A stretch of DNA of 64,000 bases. Origin: SAR202 cluster bacterium bin22. GTDB taxonomy: Bacteria; Chloroflexota; Dehalococcoidia; Lucifugimonadales; UBA3495. The notes under the pieces were generated by a model that saw only the letters and a program-made list of their open reading frames with translations, ran no database searches and was not told where the DNA came from. The translations under genes were made by a program, and so were the position numbers. Within the stretch, counting starts at the first letter, position 1, and the number at the start of each line of letters is the position of its first letter. Below, piece after piece: positions 36,800-44,790 of this stretch. The stretch spans positions 141,864 to 205,863 of the forward strand of contig MPMM01000003.1 of assembly GCA_002238505.1 (NCBI GenBank). Reading direction: 5' to 3'.

Positions 36800-38764
36800 C
36801 TACACAAACCGCTTGAACCATTCCAGCGTCCTGGACAGATATTCTTCCCGCAGCTTCGGGTGCCCCTGTCGGGGAAACGAATGCGAACATCCCGGAAACC
36901 GGACCATCTCCACTTCCTTGCCCAGTCGCTTCAAGCGCACGAAAAAAGCCTCGCTCTGCGATATGGGGCAACGGGCGTCCGCGTCTCCATGCAGCAGCAG
37001 CGCCGGCGCCTCCACATTGGCAACGTAAGTTATGGGCGAGTGGTCCACCATCTTCTGATAGGCCGACTCCATCGTACCGCCCCACTGGACTTCACCAAAA
37101 CTGACACCAATATCCGAAGTGCCGTACATACTGACCAGGTCGGTGCAGGGCGCGCCAATGACTGCCGCCCGGAACCGCCGGTTCTGCCCGATTATCCAGC
37201 TGGACATAAACCCGCCATAGCTGTAGCCGTGCACCCCCATTCGGGTCTCGTCCACGTATGGGCGGCCCGCGACTTCGTCCACCGCCGCCATCAGGTCCAG
37301 GTAGTCCTCGCCGCCCCAGTCGTCAAGCACCGTGGTCATGAACTCTTCGCCATAAGTGGAAGAACCACGGGGATTGACCGCCAGGGTCACGTAGCCGTTG
37401 GTGGCCAACAATTGCTGCACTGGAATGAAAGAGTCGTAGAAAGCCCCGTTTGGTCCCCCGTGGATTTCCAGCGCCATCGGGTACAGGTTCGTTGCATCGA
37501 AATCCGGCGGGAAATACAGCCGGCATTCAATCTCCAGGCCCCCGCGCCGGATGCTGAACTTTTCCTGCCTCGCCGGGGGATTGGCTTCCAGGTATTCCCG
37601 GTTGTAACCCGTAAGCTGCGACATCTTCTGCGTACTTACATCAATCAGATGAAGATCGGCGGGCGAGGAAGGAGAATTGGCAACCAGGACCGCTTTCTTC
37701 CCTTCGGCGTCCAGAGCCAGGGCGGGCGACTGCAGCCCTCCTCCTGCCACTTTTCTGGATTCTGCCCCGGTTTCCGTCGTCTCAATCAAAAAGGATTCCC
37801 CCCGGGATTCCGCCAGGAACAGCAGGCGGCCGTCCTGGTACCACCTTATCTCAGGGGTGGGGCTGATGGCCGGGATGCCCAGCGTTGGCCGAATCATGTC
37901 ATCGGTCAGGCATTGTGGCTCAATGCCGGGCTGAAGCACATAGATCCAGCTTTGCCAGAGTCCCAGTCCGTGGTTCGCCGGCGACCCCGCTGCCGCCAGT
38001 CTCCTGCCGTCCGGCGCCCAGGCCAGGCCGCCAACGGTTTCCAGGTCGCCCGACCAGCATTGGGGCTCGGCGATGTCGCCGGAATTCGCGTCAACCACAT
38101 AGGCTTCAGACCGACTCGAAATGTCCCTGTCTTTCCGCCGGCTGGACACAAATGCTATCCGGCTGCCATCCGGCGACCAGGCCGGCAGTACGTCGTCCCA
38201 GTCCCCATCTGTAATCTGTCGCACTGAACCGGACGGTACCTCAACCACGAACAGATGGAAGTGAGCATCCCCCCGCCAGCCCAGCCCGTCGTAACAGTAT
38301 TTGATCCGTCGGGCAACGCTGACCCGGGGCAATGAGGCGAAGTCTGTCTGCGGTCTACCCTCCTCCGGCGAAACATCGGCCGAATAGACCAACTGGCAAG
38401 AATCCGGAGACCAGGCCAAATCCACCACGTTCCCTGGAGCCTGGGTCAGTTGCCTGGCTTCGCCTCCGTTGGCTGGTATGACCCAGATCTGTCGGACTTG
38501 CCCTTCGTCAGCGCGCAGGAAGGCGATGGTCTGTCCGTCGGGTGAGAACCCGGGCGTACCGTCCCGCGTCCCCTGGGTAAAATCGGAGGCTGACTCGCCC
38601 GAGTTACCGTTCAATTGCATCATCCGAATGCGAGAGCGGCTCTCCAGAGTTTCCTCCTCTACCCACCCGTAGGTGAAGGCAACGCAAGATCCGTCGGGAG
38701 CCAGGGAGGGGTCTGACACCGATGTCAGGCGCCTGACCATCTGAGGGGAAAGGGGGTTGCCCAT
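36800..38764 (-). CDS. S9 family serine peptidase (acylaminoacyl-peptidase / prolyl oligopeptidase-like)
   Basis: An N-terminal beta-propeller (repeated SPDG motifs) and a C-terminal catalytic domain with GYSYGG, a late Asp (LLLHGDADARCP) and a His. I moved the start to Met43 (GGAGGAG upstream) because the ORF-track extension runs into tRNA-Trp. Confidence 0.85.
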   Translation of the reverse strand: MGNPLSPQMVRRLTSVSDPSLAPDGSCVAFTYGWVEEETLESRSRIRMMQLNGNSGESASDFTQGTRDGTPGFSPDGQTIAFLRADEGQVRQIWVIPANGGEARQLTQAPGNVVDLAWSPDSCQLVYSADVSPEEGRPQTDFASLPRVSVARRIKYCYDGLGWRGDAHFHLFVVEVPSGSVRQITDGDWDDVLPAWSPDGSRIAFVSSRRKDRDISSRSEAYVVDANSGDIAEPQCWSGDLETVGGLAWAPDGRRLAAAGSPANHGLGLWQSWIYVLQPGIEPQCLTDDMIRPTLGIPAISPTPEIRWYQDGRLLFLAESRGESFLIETTETGAESRKVAGGGLQSPALALDAEGKKAVLVANSPSSPADLHLIDVSTQKMSQLTGYNREYLEANPPARQEKFSIRRGGLEIECRLYFPPDFDATNLYPMALEIHGGPNGAFYDSFIPVQQLLATNGYVTLAVNPRGSSTYGEEFMTTVLDDWGGEDYLDLMAAVDEVAGRPYVDETRMGVHGYSYGGFMSSWIIGQNRRFRAAVIGAPCTDLVSMYGTSDIGVSFGEVQWGGTMESAYQKMVDHSPITYVANVEAPALLLHGDADARCPISQSEAFFVRLKRLGKEVEMVRFPGCSHSFPRQGHPKLREEYLSRTLEWFKRFV

Positions 38765-38803
38765 GCTGTCTCCTCCTGTGATTCGGAGGTAGGGACCGTT
38801 TAC

Positions 38804-38835
38804 CAAAAAGAATAGAGGGCCTGACGACCCTCTAT
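38804..38835 (-). terminator. Rho-independent terminator after the tRNA cluster
   Basis: The minus strand reads ATAGAGGG-loop-CCCTCTAT followed by TCTTTTT. Confidence 0.6.
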
Positions 38836-38856
38836 GTTTCCTGTGTGTCTGAAATT

Positions 38857-38934
38857 TGGCAGGAGCGGGAGGATTCGAACCCCCGACCACTGGTTTTGGA
38901 GACCAGCGCTCTGACCAGACTGAGCTACGCTCCT
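38857..38934 (-). tRNA. tRNA-Trp (anticodon CCA)
   Basis: I folded the cloverleaf by hand: acceptor AGGAGCG/CGCTCCT, anticodon loop CTCCAAA, T-loop TTCGAAT, discriminator G and an encoded CCA. Confidence 0.9.
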
Positions 38935-38953
38935 GCGCCGTTGGTTGACTGTA

Positions 38954-39029
38954 TGGTACCCCTGGAGGGACTCGAACCCCCGACGCGCGACTTAGGACGC
39001 CGCCGCTCTATCCTCTGAGCTACAGGGGC
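38954..39029 (-). tRNA. tRNA-Arg (anticodon CCU)
   Basis: Cloverleaf with acceptor GCCCCTG/CAGGGGT, anticodon stem GCGGC/GTCGC, loop GTCCTAA, T-loop TTCGAGT and an encoded CCA. Confidence 0.88.
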
Positions 39030-39033
39030 AGGT

Positions 39034-39109
39034 TGGTGGAGATAGGGGGGCTCGAACCCCCAACCTCGGCATTGCGAACGCCGCGCTCTCCCAGTTGAGC
39101 TATATCCCC
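39034..39109 (-). tRNA. tRNA-Ala (anticodon CGC)
   Basis: Cloverleaf with acceptor GGGGATA/TATCTCC including the G3:U70 Ala identity pair, loop TTCGCAA, T-loop TTCGAGC and an encoded CCA. Confidence 0.9.
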
Positions 39110-39195
39110 GGGCTGTTGCCCACGTTCGAATCAACATCTGAAACGAACCGCCGAGCCGCCGCCGGTAGGGGGAACTCTCCCCGGTACCTTCTAGA

Positions 39196-39225
39196 ATGTT
39201 AAGACTGCGGTCTTGCGCCTGTCAA
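39196..39225 (-). promoter_or_regulatory. Candidate promoter of the tRNA-Ala/Arg/Trp operon
   Basis: The minus strand reads TTGACA (39225-39220), an 18-nt spacer, then TAACAT (39201-39196). This is about 85 nt upstream of tRNA-Ala. Confidence 0.3.
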
Positions 39226-39363
39226 GTCTAGGCGCGGCTGCGGCACAGCCCCCAAACTGTATGGCCCGATAAGGCCACACGCGGGAGAAGACCTGCAGTT
39301 TGCCCATGCCTCGCCTTAATTGAATCCAGGGCGAAATACCCGCAACTGGTACGGGTTCCAACC

Positions 39364-39918
39364 CTAAACCGGCAGCGCCGGCTCATCCGACTCGTGAGTC
39401 AATTGCAGGTCCACCGTGTTGGCGTTGAAGGCCAGCATCGCGTAATAGCCCATCAGAGTTACTAACTCCACCAGCGCCTGGGTGCCAAACTGGTCGTGGG
39501 CTGCCTGGAAGGTCTCCTGGCTAACCCGGCTGCCGGTGAAAAACTCGTTAGCCAGGCTGATAACCGCGGCCTCCGAGGGGGAGAGTTCCGGCAGGGGTTG
39601 CCGGTCCCGCAAGGCATCTATCAACTCATTCCGCAGCCCCGTCTGCCTGGCAATGGGAACGTGCCGGTCCCAGATATAAACGCAGTCCTTGGCCCTGGCC
39701 GTGACCAGCATGGCGAGTTCCCGCATATCGTGGGGGACGGTGGACTCGTTACGCACGTACTCCCAAAATGGCGTGGCTCTGCGTGCCATTTCGGGGCTGT
39801 TCTTGAGAATGGACATGGGCCCCGTGCCAATTCCCCCGGGCGCCGCATTAAGTTCGTCAAAAGCCTCCCGTTGATTTTCCGGTACGCTGTCTCTGGTAAC
39901 CGGCGGTATCCTTGACAT
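39364..39918 (-). CDS. Carboxymuconolactone decarboxylase family protein
   Basis: CMD/AhpD-like helical pattern. I moved the start to Met23, which is preceded by AGGAGGG. Confidence 0.7.
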   Translation of the reverse strand: MSRIPPVTRDSVPENQREAFDELNAAPGGIGTGPMSILKNSPEMARRATPFWEYVRNESTVPHDMRELAMLVTARAKDCVYIWDRHVPIARQTGLRNELIDALRDRQPLPELSPSEAAVISLANEFFTGSRVSQETFQAAHDQFGTQALVELVTLMGYYAMLAFNANTVDLQLTHESDEPALPV

Positions 39919-40200
39919 GTAATCCCTCCTGGAAACTGAATTTAATGCTCGAACCAATTTGCCCCAGTTTAGCCGTGTATCCACAGCCTTTCAATTGCCG
40001 GGGAGATCAATGCGGTCGTACTTACCGCCCCTTGTCCGGTAAACCAGGGAGTCTGACCCGTTCCCATACATCCCCTGCGCTTCGGGCAGAGCCCCGAATC
40101 AGGTAGCAGGCTTAGACCAAATGCAGGGCAGGCCCTTGTGTCTGACCTGTTCTTATCGCCAAGCCGCTTCACCGTTGTCCTTCCCATGGTTGCCCTTCCC

Positions 40201-40229
40201 TTGACTGAGATTTGCCACCCGCCTACAAT
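40201..40229 (+). promoter_or_regulatory. Candidate promoter of mqnA
   Basis: TTGACT (40201-40206), a 17-nt spacer, then TACAAT (40224-40229). This is 80 nt upstream of the ATG at 40309. Confidence 0.45.
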
Positions 40230-40308
40230 CGGTTATTGGACCACCTACCTGGCTTACTACAGCCTGGTGGGCCCTCAATCAAATTTGCGCAGGGAGCATT
40301 CAGTTAGC

Positions 40309-41058
40309 ATGTCGTTAAAAGTGGGCAGGATACCATACATGATCTGCGAACCCTTCTACTTCGATACGGAGCGGCGGGGCATGCAATTGGTGGATACCAT
40401 GCCTAACCGCGCTGCAGAGGAAATTGAGCAGGGTGTGATCGACGCCGCTCTTGTTCCAGTTGTGGATACCTTCGGGAAAGAGGACGTGTTCCAGCCCGTG
40501 GGCGGCTTCTGTATCGCCAGCACCGACCGCGCCGGCAGCGTGTTCCTGTACTCCAAGGTTCCCATTGAGGAGTTGGGGGACGCCAGGATTGCTCTCATCG
40601 AAGACTCCCGAACCTCCGTGAAATTGCTCCAGGTGCTGCTTAAGCTGCGTTACCAGGTGGAACCCGGGGAATATGTGGGCTTGCGCGACGAGCACGACGC
40701 CTTCATGGTCATGGGAGACCGCGGACTGCGCCAGCGCCGGGGTGCCCGGGGCTTCCAGCACCGCTACGACCTGGGCGAACAATGGTATGAGTGGACCCGC
40801 CTGCCCTTTGTGTACGCCCGATGGATGGCACGCCAGGGCATCGACTCCCAGGCGCTGGCGGTCCTGGAGGACACCCTCTACGTGGGTCTTGAGGATGGAG
40901 TGGACACCCTCTACCACATCTCCGAACCCCGCGAAAACCTGCTGATGTTGCCCCGCGACGTTGTCGAGTACGTGCAGGGCATCCGTTTCTACCTGGGCAT
41001 GACCGAGCAAAAGTCCATGCGGATCTTCCAGGAATACGTCCAGCAGCTTGATTCCTAG
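40309..41058 (+). CDS. mqnA: Chorismate dehydratase MqnA (futalosine pathway) family protein
   Basis: LKVGRIPYMICEPFYF...IDAALVPVV...DLGEQWYEWTRLPFVYARW is the MqnA/VitK2_biosynth pattern. The start is at Met58 of ORF 40138. Confidence 0.78.
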   Translation: MSLKVGRIPYMICEPFYFDTERRGMQLVDTMPNRAAEEIEQGVIDAALVPVVDTFGKEDVFQPVGGFCIASTDRAGSVFLYSKVPIEELGDARIALIEDSRTSVKLLQVLLKLRYQVEPGEYVGLRDEHDAFMVMGDRGLRQRRGARGFQHRYDLGEQWYEWTRLPFVYARWMARQGIDSQALAVLEDTLYVGLEDGVDTLYHISEPRENLLMLPRDVVEYVQGIRFYLGMTEQKSMRIFQEYVQQLDS

Positions 41059-41128
41059 CGCAAACGATTGCCTGCTGCCTGCCAGTCCATTGCATCTGCC
41101 AAGTCACCAACCACTGAAGTAGTCCGCC

Positions 41129-41998
41129 ATGACCAAAGTTAGCGATGCTGGGTTCGAGGTCACCGGCAGGACCACCTTCATCTGCGACTATTCACCTCCT
41201 CGTTCCGGCGACCCCGGTAACGTTGACACACCCCCAGCCGGCGCAGATTTCCTGCTGATCAACCGAAACCCCGGACGTGTGGTGAGAACCGACTCTGCCA
41301 TGCTGGCGGCCGACATACGGCAACGCATGGGCCGTGAACCCATATTTGCCCTCCTCACCCGCGACATGAACCGCCTGGCCATCCAGTCATACCTGCTGGG
41401 GGCGCAACTCCTGGGTCTGGAAAACGTGGTTGTGGCTCAGGGAGACCCCTTTACCGGCGCCCCATCCGGCAAAATGTCGGCCGTGCACGATTACCGCCCC
41501 ACCGAGCTGATTGCGGCCATCCAACAACTTAACCAGGGCATGGACTTTCGGGGCCGACAACTCGAAGCGCCCACCAGTTTCTGTATCGGCGCCGCTCTGG
41601 ACCCCACCGGGGGCCTGGACCGTCAGGTCAATCTGGTTCACGAAAAAATTGAAGCAGGCGCCGATTTTCTGGTTAGCCAGCCAATCTTTGACCCTGCCGA
41701 AGCAGTCAGGTTTGAAGAAAGGTATGCCGCCTACGTAGGACGCTCGGTCCCGGTCCCCATCTATTGGGGACTGCAACTGCTGGAAAGAGGAAGCATTTCA
41801 ATGGGCGCAGTGCCAGGCAAAAGTCTGGATGAGTTGGAAGACGGCCGCTCCGGCGTGGAAATCGCCCTGGAACTCTACCAGGCCTTTCTCCAGGCATCGC
41901 TGCACAATATTTACCTGTTGCCGACTATCAAACCTGGCGGGTACAGGGACTATGAGGCCGCCCGGCAATTCCTGGCTGAGGCGCAGGGGATGTGTTAG
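41129..41998 (+). CDS. Methylenetetrahydrofolate reductase (MetF) family protein
   Basis: TIM-barrel MetF-like motifs: LENVVVAQGDPF, FCIGAALDP, KIEAGADFLVSQPIFD and VPIYWGL. Confidence 0.65.
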   Translation: MTKVSDAGFEVTGRTTFICDYSPPRSGDPGNVDTPPAGADFLLINRNPGRVVRTDSAMLAADIRQRMGREPIFALLTRDMNRLAIQSYLLGAQLLGLENVVVAQGDPFTGAPSGKMSAVHDYRPTELIAAIQQLNQGMDFRGRQLEAPTSFCIGAALDPTGGLDRQVNLVHEKIEAGADFLVSQPIFDPAEAVRFEERYAAYVGRSVPVPIYWGLQLLERGSISMGAVPGKSLDELEDGRSGVEIALELYQAFLQASLHNIYLLPTIKPGGYRDYEAARQFLAEAQGMC

Positions 41999-42023
41999 GG
42001 GGCGTCGTCAAAAGCCAAGTTTC

Positions 42024-42050
42024 GTCTTTCCGGCGAAAGCCGGAATCCAG
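42024..42050 (+). repeat. Short hairpin repeat, family A (GTCTTTCCGGCGAAAGCCGGAATCCAG)
   Basis: Stem CCGGC/GCCGG around GAAA. A near-identical copy lies at 60339-60366. Confidence 0.75.
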
Positions 42051-42301
42051 ATCCGTCAAGTAAATGGGTGATATTCTCCGCGATATACCAGGACTCTGAT
42101 ATATCGCCTGTTTACACCCGATACCAAACCGGCAGTAATGGCTAATTTGACGACACCCCTTAGGGGTCAACGCAGAACTTAACACTCAGGGCCATGCCGG
42201 GCGTGAATCATTGCCGGATGTCACCTTCTCCTGCACTGGGCTGGCTGGCTCTTGGCTCTTGGTCCAGGTATTAATCCAGGGGAATTGGCTCATACGGGCC
42301 G

Positions 42302-42337
42302 AAAAATAAAATGAGCGGGAGTTATCCCGCCCATTTT
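42302..42337 (-). terminator. Rho-independent terminator of the 42366 CMD gene
   Basis: The minus strand reads AAAATGGGCGGGATAACTCCCGCTCATTTT followed by ATTTTT. It starts 29 nt after the stop codon. Confidence 0.7.
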
Positions 42338-42365
42338 GTTCTGCTATATTTAGCTGCCAGGAGCT

Positions 42366-42674
42366 TTACCCTCTGGAGTCAAACACTTCCTTGGCCACCC
42401 GGACGGCGTTGGCCGCCGTGGGCCATCCGGCGTAGAAAGCCATGTGGGTAATGATCTCCCCGATTTCCTCTTTGGTTACGCCGTTGTCCAGTGCGCGATT
42501 GATGTGGCCTCGCAGTTGCTCGGTACGGTAGAGCGCGACCAGGGTGGCCACCGTGATCATGCTTCGGTCGCGCTTGGAAAGTTCGGGCCGTTCCCAAACG
42601 TCTCCAAATAGTACGTTGGCGCTCAGTTCCGCCATTTTGGGCGCAACTTCACTGGCAGGATTGGGTGTCGTCAT
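42366..42674 (-). CDS. Carboxymuconolactone decarboxylase family protein
   Basis: 102 aa with ELSKRDRSMITVATLVAL...EEIGEIITHMAFYAGWP, the CMD signature. Confidence 0.8.
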   Translation of the reverse strand: MTTPNPASEVAPKMAELSANVLFGDVWERPELSKRDRSMITVATLVALYRTEQLRGHINRALDNGVTKEEIGEIITHMAFYAGWPTAANAVRVAKEVFDSRG

Positions 42675-42759
42675 CAGTCATCCTCCTTGCTGGTCAAGTG
42701 TAGGTTGGTCGCTGGGAAATTCCCGAGTATATGGAGCGCAGGTGGGGGAATGATATTTG

Positions 42760-43548
42760 CTAAGCGGCGACTCCCTCGCCCCAGGTAACGCCAAAGTCGG
42801 CCCGCTCGACCACTTGCCCCGTAAAGGATCTAGCGGTCTGTCCGGCCAGCCAGACGGCAGCGTTGCTCACTTCATCCGGCTGGACCATGGGGATATGTGC
42901 TGTTCCGGGCCAGTCGCCCCTGCGGTTCATCCAGGTATCAACCCTCCCCGGGCTGAAGAGGTTGACGGCAATGTTGTGGAGCCTTACTTCTTCGGCCAGG
43001 CTGAGGAACATCCTCTCCAGTGCTGCCTTGCTCATCGAATAGCCCACGCGCCCTTCCCGGTAGCCCCTGGCCGAGCCCGACGTCACTCCGATTATCGACC
43101 CGGACGAACGGCCCAGCATAAACGGCAGGGCAAACTTGCAGAGCAAGAGAGGAGCGCGGACATTTACTGCCAGCGTACGGTCCAGCAAGTCCGGGTCCAG
43201 GTCAATTACCGTGGATTCGCAGTCAATGCCTGCATTTGAAAACAGGATATCCACGCCACCAAACTGGTCGGCCGCGGTCCGAGCCAGGTGGTGCAGGTCT
43301 GATGGCACGCTGACATCGCACCGCACCGCTATGGCTTCGCCGCCCTCTTCCAGAATTGTGGTGACCGTATCGTGGATATTGCCCGAGGCGTACCGCTGGT
43401 ACTCCGAGCCAGGCGTAACTTCATCCTCAGTGCGTGAGGCGACCACCACCTTTGCGCCGGCCCTCGCCAGCGACTGGCTGACGGAGCGTCCGATGCCCCT
43501 GCTGCCGCCGGTCACGATGGCTACCTTGCCAGTCAAGTCCACTGTCAA
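42760..43548 (-). CDS. SDR family oxidoreductase
   Basis: Cofactor motif TGGSRGIG and a YSMSK catalytic Tyr/Lys. Confidence 0.85.
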   Translation of the reverse strand: MTVDLTGKVAIVTGGSRGIGRSVSQSLARAGAKVVVASRTEDEVTPGSEYQRYASGNIHDTVTTILEEGGEAIAVRCDVSVPSDLHHLARTAADQFGGVDILFSNAGIDCESTVIDLDPDLLDRTLAVNVRAPLLLCKFALPFMLGRSSGSIIGVTSGSARGYREGRVGYSMSKAALERMFLSLAEEVRLHNIAVNLFSPGRVDTWMNRRGDWPGTAHIPMVQPDEVSNAAVWLAGQTARSFTGQVVERADFGVTWGEGVAA

Positions 43549-43553
43549 CGCCT

Positions 43554-43985
43554 CTAGCCGGCCGGCCGGAACTTGGGCAGGCTGATGGTGTCCGTCAGGT
43601 CGTCAAAGGTGACCTGCACCGCCATGCCGCACTTTATGACTTCCGGGTCGGGTTCTATATCTATCAGGTGGGAGATGATGCGGGCGCCTTCTTCCAGGTC
43701 AATAATCACCGGAACGTAAGGCACCATGTCCCGAAAGGCGGGCGTCGGGGCCCGGTGAACAATGCAGAAGGTGTGGACCGTTCCCCTGCCGCTGCTTTTT
43801 ATCCAGTCGGTATTGCGGGAGAAACACGCGGGACAAATATCCCGAGGATAGAAATACGCATTGCCGCAATCCACGCAATGCCTTAGCCACAACTCGTGCT
43901 CCTTGCACTTCTCCCAGTAGTAGTCCGACTCCGGCTGGGGTACGGGCGGAGTTATCGGGGGGGCGGTCTGGTTTTGCTGGGACAT
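43554..43985 (-). CDS. Zn-ribbon OB-fold protein (DUF35 family)
   Basis: CVDCGNAYFYPRDICPACFS rubredoxin-like knuckle followed by an OB-fold segment. Confidence 0.8.
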   Translation of the reverse strand: MSQQNQTAPPITPPVPQPESDYYWEKCKEHELWLRHCVDCGNAYFYPRDICPACFSRNTDWIKSSGRGTVHTFCIVHRAPTPAFRDMVPYVPVIIDLEEGARIISHLIDIEPDPEVIKCGMAVQVTFDDLTDTISLPKFRPAG

Positions 43986-44177
43986 CCGCTGCTCCTTCTG
44001 CCGACCGCCGGCATCTGCCGAACGGTCAGTTTTATCCAGTTTAGTGCTCGAAAAGGCTTCCAGGAATTCAGTTCAGCATAAGAACAAAACAAACCCCCGT
44101 CAAGCTGACCCGTCCCTCCCCCAGGGCAATCGCGTTTTGGATTCAGGCTATAAGTGGCAGCCATCCGCAAGGCATAA

Positions 44178-44215
44178 GTCATGTCGCCCTGAGCTTGCCG
44201 AAGGGCCTGAAATCC
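44178..44215 (+). repeat. Short hairpin repeat, family B (GTCATGTCGCCCTGAGCTTGCCGAAGGGCCTGAAATCC)
   Basis: It resembles 58522-58555 (GTCATCCTGAGCGAAGCCGAAGGATCTAAAATCC). Both share GTCAT...CCTGAGC...GCCGAAGG...AAATCC. Confidence 0.6.
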
Positions 44216-44790
44216 TTCCTGTAAACTAGGTTGCGGGTCCGAAAGCTTGCCTGCGGGATGGTGTTTGGGTTTTTTCGCCGCGTAACGACAATTTCCTTAA
44301 GACGTGATTGCCCTGGTCCCTCCCCGCAGTCCCGACCATCCCGCAACACTCCCAGACCAAAACCCATCAACCTGCAACGCTGTCATATTTGGCGCAGCCG
44401 AACCATCCGGACTCTGGCCCAAAAGCCCCGCCCTGGCCAACTAAACTGCTGCCCGCAACTCCCAACCGTCCTTACCCGCCCGGTATTCCTGCCTGAAGGG
44501 TCAAACCGCTGCGGCATCATCATATGTGCAACTGCTTGCCTGTGAGCGGTTGGGCATCCTGAAACCGGCACACCGGCGAAAGTAATTATGTAGAACTCTG
44601 CCTTTCAATACATCCCGGGCCCACTTGCATTCCTGTATTCTGGCCTACTCCGGGAAGTCGGCTCGGGGGTCCAGTTCGCTCCTCCCGAGTCCGAACAGTT
44701 ACAGCCAATCCTCACCCGTTGTCTTTCCTTGCATTTGGGTTTATCGTTCCCGATACAGCGTTCAAAATAACACCGAAATGGAGAACAGGA

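Noticed and set aside
38765-38890. The N-terminal extension of the S9 peptidase ORF (start at 38890)
   Set aside because: The extension reads through tRNA-Trp and the terminator hairpin. An internal ATG at 38764 has a GGAGGAG Shine-Dalgarno sequence and begins the conserved part.
38925-39137. A 70-aa ORF (-)
   Set aside because: It is a translation of the tRNA-Arg and tRNA-Ala genes and is not a protein gene.
38800-39400. A genomic island or prophage integration at the tRNA cluster
   Set aside because: I found no integrase, no duplicated tRNA 3' segment and no obvious compositional break. The flanking genes (S9 peptidase, CMD family) match the rest of the window.
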